Origin: Octopus vulgaris
Taxonomy: Eukaryota
Reading direction: 5' to 3'
Assembly: GCA_951406725.2 (NCBI GenBank)
Contig: OX597821.1
Location: 113,398,001-113,462,000 of the forward strand
Length of the DNA stretch: 64,000 nucleotides
Shown: piece by piece, positions 25,265-37,037 of the stretch
How the letters are laid out: each line of letters begins with the position of its first letter
Position numbering within the stretch: position 1 is the first letter of the stretch
Translations under genes and position numbers: made by a program
The notes under the pieces: model-generated
What the model saw: the letters and a program-made list of their open reading frames with translations, nothing else
What the model was told of the DNA's origin: nothing
Database searches by the model: none

Positions 25265-28200
25265 CATAGCTATGTCGAGAGGTTACGATTACGATGACCG
25301 ACGCCAGTGTACTTATTTCATCGACTCTGGAAGGGTGAAAGATAAAGTGGACCTTGGCGGATTTTTGAACTCGAACCATAAAGCCGGCGGGAAATACCGT
25401 TAAACATTTTGTCCGGTGCGGGTTTCAAATGAAAGTTACAAGGCCCGCAGGTTTGAGGGGAGGGGTTTTTGTCGATACCGTGCGACTTTTGCACTTGATT
25501 CTGCTGAAATCGACTTTGCTTTTCGGTCTTTCGGGGGTCGATGAATGATCGCTGGTGTCGATGTGTAATTGACTTACCCCTCCCCTAATATTTGATCGAC
25601 CCTGAAAGGCGGGAATTGAAACCAGAATATATATATATATATAAGAGAAAACCGGAACGAGTACTGAATAATAATTAAGAAGATTGACGAATTACATATC
25701 TTCAATTGTTTTTTGGGTTTTTTTTTAGGACGGTATTATTGTCACTAATTCCAGTCCGACACGTGTTCCTATTGGATGTGTGCTAATGTCTCGTGATGCT
25801 GCGTTTAGATGTATTCAGTCGATTCATATGTGTGTGGATGTTTTGCAAACAACTTGCACATGCAATTTCTACCAGTCGAAAGCTCTGCATAACGGAAGCC
25901 AGCAAGGGTATAGGGTCATCAGAAGAGAATAAGCGCCGTTTCGGGGCCTACCTCTCGACGGCATCATTGCGCTCACCCCCTCAGTGATATGAGGCACCGC
26001 TTGCTAGATCAACTGGTTACCAAATAAGGCTCAATATTCTTCTAGCCATCACTCATTGTCTCTTTTTAACCAAATCTAGCAGCTTACCTTTTCCACTGTA
26101 GTTTGGATAGCGTCACACTATTTTATTAAATGGGGTTGATTCCAATTATGTCGAAATTTGTGATGAAAGTTTTCCGTGGGTAGGGGTTTATTAAAGCAAA
26201 ACAAAAAAAAAAATTCCACAAACGATTACTTTCAGTTTCCCGTGACCATTCGTCAAAATTTGAAATCATTACTATTATTATTATTATTATTATTATTATT
26301 AAAGTAGGAATCGAGTTCTGGGGCCGATGGAATCGACTTGTCTTCTCCCCTCCAAACTGCTAGCCCTGTGCCAAAAATAAGAATTATCATTAAGCCAGAG
26401 AGCTGCTAAGCATTTCGTCCGTCTTTACGTTCCGAGTTCTAATCTTGCCGAGATCAACTTCACCTTTCAACGTCGACAAATTAAGTGACAGTGCGAGGAA
26501 CGGACACGTGAAACTCTAAGTGACAGTTTGTGAATATTCTTCGGCTTTCATAAAATAGCATTTTACTCTGCCGTTGGTATTCGAGTATTGTTTTTTCTAT
26601 CTTGCTTTGTACCTATTGCTGGCTCTGTGCCAAAATTTGAAACCAGTACTAATAATGGTTTCAAATTTTGCCACAAGAGCAGCAATTTTGGGGGAGGGGA
26701 TGAGTCGATTATATTGATCCTGGTGGTCAACTGTTACTTATTTTATCGACCCCGAAAGGATGAAAGGTAAAGTCGACCTCGGCGGAATTTGAACTCAGAT
26801 CGTCAAGACAGACGAAATGCCGCGCTGGCGATTCTGCCAGCTCGCCGCCATACTACTACTACTACTACTAATAATAATAATAATAATGATAATAATAATA
26901 ATCCTTTCTGCTACAGGCACAAGGCCTGAAATATTGGGGAGGGGACTAGTCGATTACATCGACTTAAATGTTTCACTGGTACTTAATTTATCGATCCCGA
27001 AAGGATGAAAAGCATCAACCCGGGCGGAATTTGAATTCAGGACGTAAAGACAGACGAAATACCGCTCTGCATTTCGCCCGGCGTATTAACGATTCTACCA
27101 GCTCGACGCTGTCTATAATAATAATAGTAATAATAACAACAACAGTAATAATGGTTTCTGATTTACGTCCAAATACAGCAATCTGGAGGAGAGGAGTTAG
27201 TTGAAATTCAGTGGCCCAAGTACTAAGATTGATATTTGATTTTATCGACTCCTGAGGAATGAAAGGCGAAGCTGACTTCGCCATGAATCGAACTTAAAAA
27301 GCCGAAAGAATGCCGCAAAACATTTTGTCTGACGCTCTAGTGATTAAACCAATAATAAAAATTAGTCTTCATCATTTTGCCACCAGGGCAGCAGTTTTTG
27401 AGGAGAGGGGTAGTTAATTACATGATAAAAGGCAAAGTTGACTGCACCAAAATTTGAACTCAGAACATTGGGAGTCGGAGGGAATGCTGCTTATGCCCTT
27501 GTCCGACGCGCTAACAACCTCGCCAAGCATTTCGTCCGGCGTGCTAACGTTTCTGCCAGCTCGCCGCCCTTAAATATATATACTTTTCTACTCCAGGCAC
27601 AAGGCCTGAAATTTTGGGGGAGGGGGCCAGTCGATTAGATCGACCCCAGTACGCAACTGGTACTTAATTCATCGACTACGAAAGGATGAAGGGTGAAGGT
27701 CGATCTCAGCAGAATTTGAACTCAGAACGTAATGATAGACGAAATACTGCTAAGCATTTCGTCCGGCGTGCTAACGTTTCTGCCAGCTCGCCGCCCTTAA
27801 AATATACACTTTTCTACTCCAGGCACAAGGCCCGAAATTTTTGGGGAGGGGGCCAGTCGATTAGATCGACCCCAGTACGCAACTGGTACTTAATTTATCG
27901 ACTACGAAAGGATGAAAGGTGAAGGTCGACCTCTGCAGAATTTGAACTCAAGAACGTAAAGACAGACGAAATACCGCTAAACACTTCGTCCAGTGTGCCG
28001 ACGATTTCTGCGTGTTCGCTCCTTTTTTTTTCTGGAAGAATTAATGATAAACTTTTCCATGAATTTCGTAACTTGTGATTGTAGTGGATTGTCCTCGGCC
28101 TCATTATTTATTGTAGAGAACAGGGAATATATACGAAAGCTGCCTCGTTTCTTTTCGATTTGTTTCACGCACAACATACAATCGATTCTGACTGCGTATC

Positions 28201-31200
28201 ATTGTTTCTGCTGCATATTTCAATCACTCGCTCAGGACTGACCCGAAACCTAGCAATCGCTGTTTGATAGTAATTCTAAAGATATTTATCGTCCAACTTA
28301 TCATTATCGCTCTCTTGTTCGACTCTTGACCTGCTCTGATGACCCAAATGACAAATGAATTATTAAAACCGCCCGCTGCCAGTTCAGATATTGATGTTGG
28401 TATGACGACAGCTGCTGCTACTAGGTTTGTGTGTGTAATACTTTTCTCTTGGTCCAGTCGTTGGGCTGCGGCCATGCTGGAGCAATGCCTCGAACGGGAT
28501 TTCAGTTGAACAAATCGATCGCAGTACTTAGGTTTCTTGTTTGTTTTTTGTTGGTTTTTTTTTTAAGGTTTGGTACTTATTCTATCGGCCTTTTCTGCCG
28601 AACCGCTATGTTACGAGGACGAAAACACACCAACACCGGTTGTCAAGCGGTGGTGGAGGGCAAAGACACGCACACACATTATATACGACGGGCTTCTTTC
28701 AGTTTCCGTCTACTAAATCCACTCACAAGGCTTTGGTCGGCCCGAAACCATAGTAAAGAGCATTTAACCCAGGGTGCCACGTAGTGGTACTGAACCAGAA
28801 CGATATGGTTGGGAAGCAAGATTCTTGCCTCACAGCCATGCCTGCGCCTCATCATCCTCCTCTTCATCATCATTTAACGTCCGTTTTCGCCTACACATAT
28901 ATAATCTCTAAGATAAGCAAGGGCTATTAAATATTTAGGGCTGGAGAGATATAGATAATTGTATCGACCTCAAGACGAGCTTAGAACATACTTTATCGAT
29001 CTGGAGGATACAAAGAGCAAAGTCGACCTAATTAAGATTTTAATTTTGAAGACAAACTGCGGTACCCAACCTATTCTAGGCGGAGGTAAAGAATACGCAC
29101 ACCACCCGTTTTTGGTGTAACCCTAACCATCGGGGGGGTGTATTTTTTTTTTTACCTTTGCCCCCTTTGTGATTATTAAATAGCCAAATATAACCTCAAA
29201 ATTCCATCCTGCTAACTTCACTGAAAAACAGGACAGTTTTTGTCTTGGTTACATTGTCTGGAAAGAAAAAAGAGGTAATCCTTCGGTATTGGTGTACGGC
29301 GTCATTCATCCACGCAACCTTCCCTCATGACATAAAGAGGTTAAGCAGGAAAAGACGAAGGAACGTCCCCCTCCCCCCCCCAAAAAAAAAAAAATATTGG
29401 TGTTCACGGCTGGAACGTCTCTGACTAAATCTATTCGATGAACTCCTAACCCGGGACTATATCTCCAAACAGTATACTGTAATTTGTGTTTTGCAATTGG
29501 ATTATCACTGCTGGACCGTCTCTAGTATTTTCTACTCGGTCTGGACTGACCTTAACCACTTGATCATGCTATCTCCCAATATTGTATACTGTAGTTTAGC
29601 TGGTCACGACTGGAACCTCCTTGCTTTTGCAGGTTGTCCATAAATTATCGTTACAACTTCCACAATTTGCCGTCTAAAATGGGTTGCGTGCAACCAATGG
29701 AATCCACAGGGAAGTGTCCTGATGTTTTTGATAAAACTTTGCGTATGTTTTCCAATAAGCTCTGCTGAGTTATCTTTATTTTTGCTTTGTTTCTGAATTT
29801 TTGAAATTGTAATGGAAACCCTGCTCGATCTACTCGATCAGGACGACTGACCCAGAGCGAAACAACAACGGCAGCCACCTGATCGTGTTAGCTCTCAATA
29901 TTGCAAGATATTGTAATTTGTGTTGGTACGTGACGTGACGTGACTCTGATTATCGACGTTAAATACAATGAAAAATAGACAAAGATACTTGAATGATACA
30001 AGATATATTGTGTATGTGTATACACACACACATATATATATATACATATTGTTGCCTGAGAAATAAAGATAATTCAGTAAGCAGACAACAGACTGTTGGG
30101 GGGAGAGAGGAAGACATTGATGGAAACAGATGAGACATAGAGAAACTGAGAGAGAGAATTGAGACACAAAGGGAGAGATATAGAGTAAGAGGAAGAAACA
30201 AAGAGTAAGATAAACATAAGGAGACAGGTGGGAGAGAGAGGGAGAGTTACAATCACTCTGATGGCGTCTCGATGTGGTTACTCCGTTTGCTAGAAATAGC
30301 AACCAAACGTTCTTCATACCACATGTTACTCCTCAGGAAAGAACTCATTAGACAATGTACCCTTGGGTTTTTGTTGTCTAAGAATATGACGATTTAGTCA
30401 CTACTGGATTGTCAGTCGATCATAAATCAACTCCATATGGACTGACTTGGAGCTAAGCAACAGCAAGACTGAGGGACGCGTTTATGTAGTTGCTTCCCTC
30501 CTTATGACGGCGGGCGAAATGCGTAGCCGTATTTCGCCAGCCGTTACGTTCTGAGTTCAAATTCCGCCGAGGTCGACTTTGCCTTTCATCCTTTCGAGGT
30601 CGATTAAATAAGTACCAGTTACGCACTGGGGTCGATATAATCGACTTAATCCGTTTGTCTGTCCTTGTTTGTCCTCTCTGTGTTTAGCCCCTTATGGGTA
30701 GTAAAGAAATAAGTGAGCTGGTAGAAACGTTAGCACGACTAGCGAAATACTTAGCGGTGTGTCGTCTGCCGTTACGTTCTGAGTTCAAATTCCGCCTAGG
30801 TTGACTTTGCCTTTCATCCTTTCGGGGTCCCTAAATTAAGTAAACACCCCCCCCCCCCCCAAAAAAAAAAAAAGATTCGGGCCTTGTGCCGAGAGTGAAA
30901 AAAAAAAAAAGCTGATTCCCGCCTGCTAGAAATAGAAACCAAATTGCCTTCTTGCCATACTTTATCTTGAAAGGTTCAGCAGGAATAATATAAAGCTGGG
31001 GCATTATTTTGGTTTGATTACAATTGAATGCAGGAACTAATAGTGAACAACTGGCATGGAAATTGTGAAATAATTAAAAAATACAGAATCGTATTTTCTG
31101 TAATTTTTTCATGTGGAATCCCACATTTTTGCTTGAAGAAAAGAAAAGAAAAAAGGTAGAAAGGATGGCTTGGGCATGGCTGCATGGTAAGAAATCTGGG

Positions 31201-31420
31201 TTCAGTCCAACTGTGTGGCACCTTGGGCAAAAAGTCCAAGGTGCCATGCAAGTGTGCCAACCAAAGTCTTGTTAGTGGATTTTGTAGATGGTAACTGAAA
31301 GAAGTCTGTCGTGTGTGTGTGTGTATATATGTGTGTGAGTGTATATATATATTAATAGTAATGGTAAGACAACAACAGAATGAATGAGACCTCGATATTA
31401 TGTAAATAGAGGAATTTATC

Positions 31421-31593
31421 TGTAATATAATATGTGATAATTATTCGGTTGCCATAATAAGACTCCAAGTTTCGGATGTCGGGGTGGAAACCTGCTCCGG
31501 TATCTCCTCGATAACTGACGAGATGCCGGAGCAGGTTTCCGCCCCGACATCCGAAACTCGGAGTCTTATTATGGCAACCGAATAATTGTCACA

Positions 31594-31605
<12 letters not shown>
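31421..31605. repeat. Long inverted repeat, 86-bp arms with 13-nt loop
   Basis: 31421-31506 versus 31520-31605, 4 differences. Confidence 0.95.
31510..31570 (+). ncRNA. Minimal type I hammerhead ribozyme, Penelope-like type
   Basis: GAUAA-CUGACGA-GAUGCCGGAGC...GCCCCGACAUC-C-GAAA-CUCGGAG-UC-UUAUU: GUC cleavage triplet, near-palindromic stem III, one extra C next to GAAA. Confidence 0.68.
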
Positions 31606-31633
<28 letters not shown>

Positions 31634-31993
31634 ACAATATACATATACACACACACACACACATACACACACGTATGTGTGTGTGTTTGTGTACAAGTTA
31701 TAGCATCCCAGTTGTGCATGTATACTTATAAATATTCATATTCCAATTATGCAAATAAGAAAAAAATATCATTGAGCTGACCAAGTTTGTAAAAGTCAGC
31801 TCCAAGGAGAGAAAGACAGGCAGACTGTGTGTATAATAGTTGGAGAGAGTGTAATACTAGAAGTGTTATTTTACTTAGCCTTCAACTAACTGGACCCACC
31901 CATCCCACCAAATAAACAGCTTTGGTGGGGTGGCAGAGGGGACAGCTGAATATATATCACAAATGATTAATTGCTAAGTTGAACAGTAAGAAC

Positions 31994-32026
<33 letters not shown>

Positions 32027-32466
32027 AAGAGAGAGAGACCAACCCACTGGCTTTCTGCTATTGGTAACCAGATATTTGCTGCCACTTTGTTTCGTAAGTC
32101 AAGAACTTGGTGACTTCACACATTCTTTGATTTCCACTCCCCACTTCTCGAAATCTAGAACGCAACTATGGTTTCTCTAGTGTGGAACATGTGAATCTAA
32201 TAATCTCCTTGTTGTCAAAACTCTCAACTTTCATACCAATTTAGCTTTCCTTCAGAAGCCTACTTCCTTTTACGTGTCAACTACAAGTACAGAGACTGAA
32301 TTACAAATGACCTGTCCAAGGGATTTTATGATTTATTTACTTCTCACTGAGTTTGGCCTTTGAATAGCAAATGTCCTTAAATGTGTGGAGACCTGTGACC
32401 TTGAGAAGCTATATATAGTTGGCCCAGGTTACTGTGATTCTCGACATTGGGTCACAGACTGCTAAC

Positions 32467-32747
32467 CAGGGCTGTGGAGTCAAAACAAAAAACTTTGGCT
32501 CCGACTCCTCTACTATTGGCACCTCTGACTTCGACTCCTCTTTATGCAATTAAGTGATTGTGGTCTACATATCTCATAAGGTATATACATACACTTGTAC
32601 TTTGAGTAGGCCTTTATGTTATAACTGATTTGTATTAAAGAATAAAGACATTGTGAGTCGGAATCAGTATAGTTTTACAGACTCTGACTCCAGCTACCCC
32701 TTAATTGCTTCTGACGCCAACTCCATGACTCTGACTCCACAGCTCTG
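32467..32747. mobile_element. hAT-type MITE
   Basis: TIRs cagggctgtggagtc / gactccacagctctg, internal (gactcc)n subterminal repeats, 8-bp TSD ctgctaac/cagctaac. Confidence 0.8.
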
Positions 32748-34640
32748 CAGCTAACGATCCACAAAGATGTACTGGAATTCTGTGAACTGTATTCAGGTTA
32801 CACCACTGCCTCCTATCATCACTGCTGCCTCTTATCACCACGGCCGCCACCTCCATCACCACTGCCGCCACCTCCATCACCACTGACACCGCCTCCATCA
32901 CCACCACTGCTTCCATCACCATTTAACATCCACTTTTCCATGTGTGCATGGGTAAGATGGAATTTGCTGAGGCAAATTTTCTACAGTCTGGATACCTTTC
33001 CTGTTGCCGACTTTTCCTCTGATCAGACATGCTCTTATGGAAGCCTAGACACAAGAGTCCCTGCTTGTACATAATTCTCATTTATAACTATCCTGTGATG
33101 TCAAGACAAGGAGCCACAAATGCTTCATGCCTCCCCCACTAACACCATCTACTTCTCTCTCTCCCTCTCTCTCACTAACTCTGACTGTCTCTCTATCTTT
33201 CTCACCATCTCTCCTTCCTCTCCTCCCTTTTCCTACTGGAGTCATCAAATATCCCCTCTTTAGTAAGGCACCTATCCCTTCCCCTCTGTTATACTCTAAT
33301 TCCTCACCTGCCACAAGGCCACTTCCTGTGGTTCCATTCCTTCTCCCAGCTGAGAGGTCTTTGTCTTGCAGGTTACCTGCTGATCCCACTGGTGTCAGTG
33401 TCATGTAAAAAGCACCCCTGATGGCACCAAGCAAAAGACACTCCATGTGCTCTGTAAAGGGATTGGCATTAGGAAGGGCATCCAGTCGTAGAAACCAGGC
33501 CAAAGCAGACTGTGGAACCTGGTGCAGCTCTTTGGTCAGTCAAACCGTCCAACTCATGCCAGCGTGGAAAACGCCTGTTGAATGATGATGATGATGATCA
33601 CACACACACTCACTCACTCTCACTCACTCACACTCACACACCTTTTAATGCTGCATTTGTTAAATACATTAATTAGAAGTAATTAAGTAGGAGGGGTAAA
33701 TGGACAATGTTAATTATAGACTTATATTATTTTCATTTCTTCATTATGTAAGGGTGATGACTGGCTTTGTGTCTTATTATGACCTCATCAGCGAAGCATA
33801 ACCTTCATCATACATGCTAAACCAACAATGAAAGAATCACTAAGTAAATGTGCAAGACTGTACATTGGTTTGCATGTGCAAAAATAGAATTGTTTACACA
33901 AAAAATAATTCAAAGGTACTAACCACATGCTATTATTTCTAGTTAACTTTTTAATGTTCCATTCTTTAAATATGTTATTACTAACTTACAGGAACAATGG
34001 TGAGGTATTTCTGACAGTATCACAAAATGATGCTGTCATGGAATTGGCAGAAGAAGAAGAAATATACAGAGTGTGGCAAAAAAAATACCCCTCAGATTCA
34101 CGATGCTCAATAATCATTTCAATGGCAAAGATGTAACTGAAAACAAAGAAAAAGAAGAAAAACAAATGGTAAAACATTAGCTTCATGTAGACACAATTAC
34201 TGCCAGCCTAACCTAACTGGTGCCATAGCAATAGCCTTGTAAAATATGGGAGATTTTTCTGCCACACTCTGTACAAGAGTACTTGGAAATTGTCGAGACT
34301 GTAAGGAGCTAGACAAGTTATCTAATTTGTGTATATCATAGACTTAGCAGGGTTAACTCTATCAGGAATTCATAAAATCAGCATTTATGGTATACACACA
34401 TACACACACACATACACACAGTTGGAATTTACAAAAAACAAAAGATGAAGATGGGTGTGTAAACAACAAATAGGCGTATTAGTTTAACACTCAGGAAAGT
34501 TAGACAGTCTTCTATGTTTCAAGCCTATGCTTTTCAACAGAAAGGAACACAAGAAAATAAACAGAGACAGAACAAAAAAAAGAAAGCTTTAGTAGAGAAA
34601 ACAGAGTAAGAAAAAACGACAATTGGAAAAAGCAGAAAGT

Positions 34641-35446
34641 ACAAAAATGGTCTGATCAATAAGTATCCGGAATGTTGCCATAGTAATGAAGATAAAGCAC
34701 ACAGAGTGAAACTGCTTGGCTCAGATTGACCTTGACGTCTGTTGTGCATGTGCACTAAGTTTTAACATTCTAGCTCATTTCCACTGTTTACAACCATGCT
34801 TGGAACAAACATGTGTAGCGTATGATCATTGTATTGACCATGAAAATGAAAGTTGAGCAGAGAATTCGCATCACATTTTGCCAGATGCTTGGCAATACCT
34901 GCTTAGAGGCCTATGCAAAGTTTTCAGAAAGTTTTCATCAAGTGTCTTTTTGGTTAGCTGAAATCGGTTTTGGCACAATCTTGACAGACACATGTCTCAT
35001 ACCCAAATCTTCAGTGATGACGGACTGGACTGAACTGTAACTAATCTGCACATCTGTAATGTTTTTCTCAGTTCTGCTGGTTGCAGGTCTCCCAGAACCT
35101 TTGTCAATATTGACATTTTTTCGGCCATCTTGGAAACATCTGAGCCACTTGTACACTTGTGTGTGGCTTATACACTCCTCTCCATACACTTTCTGCAACT
35201 TTGCATAGGCCTCCGAGCAGGTATTGCCATGACAGCTTTCTCTGCCATAGTCAATGTGATGATCACATGCTACACACCTTCCTTCCAAGCACTGCTGTAA
35301 ACAACGGAAGTGAGCTAGAATGTTAAAACTTAGTGTGCATGCACAGCAGAGCTCAAAGTCAATTTTTGCATAGTGGCTTCACTCTGTGTGCTTTAGCTTC
35401 ATTACTATGGCAACATTCTGGATACTTATTGATCAGACCTTATGTA
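34641..35446. mobile_element. Non-autonomous mariner element with long internal inverted arms and transposase N-terminal remnant
   Basis: TIR ggtctgatcaataagtatcc(g/a)ga at both ends. The minus-strand frame has mariner helix-turn-helix text (LQKVYGEECISHTQVYKW..FQDGR..V..D..SGRP). About 270 bp of the 5' end is present on both strands. Confidence 0.88.
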
Positions 35447-36758
35447 TATGTGTAGTGATCTAGAGGTTCGCACCAAGTAATGATTTCAATTTCTTGGCCA
35501 GACACTGTGTTGTATTCTTGGGCAAATTCTTCATTTCATGTTGCTCTGTGAGTGGGAGAATGACAGATTTGTTGGTTATTGGCAAAAATGCTTTATGGTA
35601 TATCTTCTGGCCCTCTACATTCTGAGTTTTAACTTCTAAATCCCCCACCTGGAGAAGGCAACAGAAAACCACTCTGATATTGCTGGAGAAGGTCCATTTG
35701 CACAGGACCTGCCCAAGGGCAGACTATTACTAGACTATACGCACACACACAATAGGCACAGGTATGGATGTGTGTGTGTGTGTAAGACGTTTGCTTTGTA
35801 GCCATATTGTTTTAGGTTCAGTCTCATTGCCCACTCCTTTGAGCGAGTGTCTTTTAATGTAGCCCTGGGCCAACCAATACCATGTGAGTGAATTTGGTTG
35901 ACAGTAACTAAATGGAAGAGCCTGCTGTGTGTGTTTTCACGTGTGCTTTACAACTGGTGCTGGTTTGCTCATGTCTTCTTAACTTAGCAGTTCAGCAAAA
36001 GAAAATGATAGAATAAGTACTGGGTGTGATTTGTTCAGCTAAACTAAAGGTGGTGCCCCAGCATGGCCACAGACCAGTGAACCAAACAAGTGATAGATAT
36101 GGTATATATATATATTACATCGTAATCTACCAAAGAAATGAATATTATTAGAGATGAGAGAATCCCTGTAACTGTGTGATTTAGATGCTGATGCACCAAA
36201 ACCAAGCTCCTGATCTTGAACTTTACTGCTGGGTACCAGGTACAATATTCCATTGTGTCTGAATTAGTATATCTGAAAATAAGAACCATCTGTATGTACT
36301 TCATAGCTTTAGCTACAGAAAGGGAAATAGGAAAACATTAGCTTCAGCAACTCATACACGGAATGTACCAAATTTCAAAAGACGTCACAATGTTTTTTAG
36401 CTGGCTATTTTTGTTACATAATTTATATATTTTGTGATTTGTTTAAAAGCAACGCTTAGTATTAGAACAGTTGTACCATATAGAAATGTATGACTATTCT
36501 TATCTAAGTTAAGCACCAGTGTGCCAAAATAATTTGATGGCTGACTATTCAACAATCTTGTTTAAGTATTAACCATATGCTGTTGATAATCTTGCTAAAA
36601 GTTCCTAATTTTAACAGAAAAAAAATTGTGTGCGTGGAGGCAAGCATGTGTGATGCAGAAAGTTATTCTCCATGTGGGTCTGTGTGTTTGTGTTCAATTA
36701 TTCAACAGTAGGTCAGCTTGTCCTATTTCCTGCTGTATCAACTAGTTTATATATATAT

Positions 36759-37037
36759 ACCAGCAGAGATACCTGGCATTGCCTGTGTCACATGACATTG
36801 AAGAATTAAACATTTCTTTTATATTTTCTCTGATAAACTGAAATAGTTGAGAAGATATGATATTGCTGTGGGCTCGCCCTAGGCAAAAAGTTTTAAAAAA
36901 TTTTTGCCCATGACACTACATGGACCCTAAGTAAGGCATGTGTAAAATTTGAATGAAATTAGTTGTGTAGTTCTCAAGTTTTAGGGATTCACACAGACAG
37001 ACAGACACACACACATTCTCAGTTTTATATATATAGA
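36759..37037 (+). mobile_element. Helitron/Helentron-like non-autonomous element (similar 3' end at about 45800-46127)
   Basis: 5' tacca/ctagc start with short hairpin; 3' (acag)n microsatellite then ttttatatatatagat. Classification is by architecture only. Confidence 0.45.

Noticed and set aside
25850-25990. Two minus-strand CUGA.../GAAA motifs
   Set aside because: Core or stem pairing incomplete in both.
29117-29128. TAACCCTAACC telomere-like motif
   Set aside because: Under two units; not an interstitial telomeric array.
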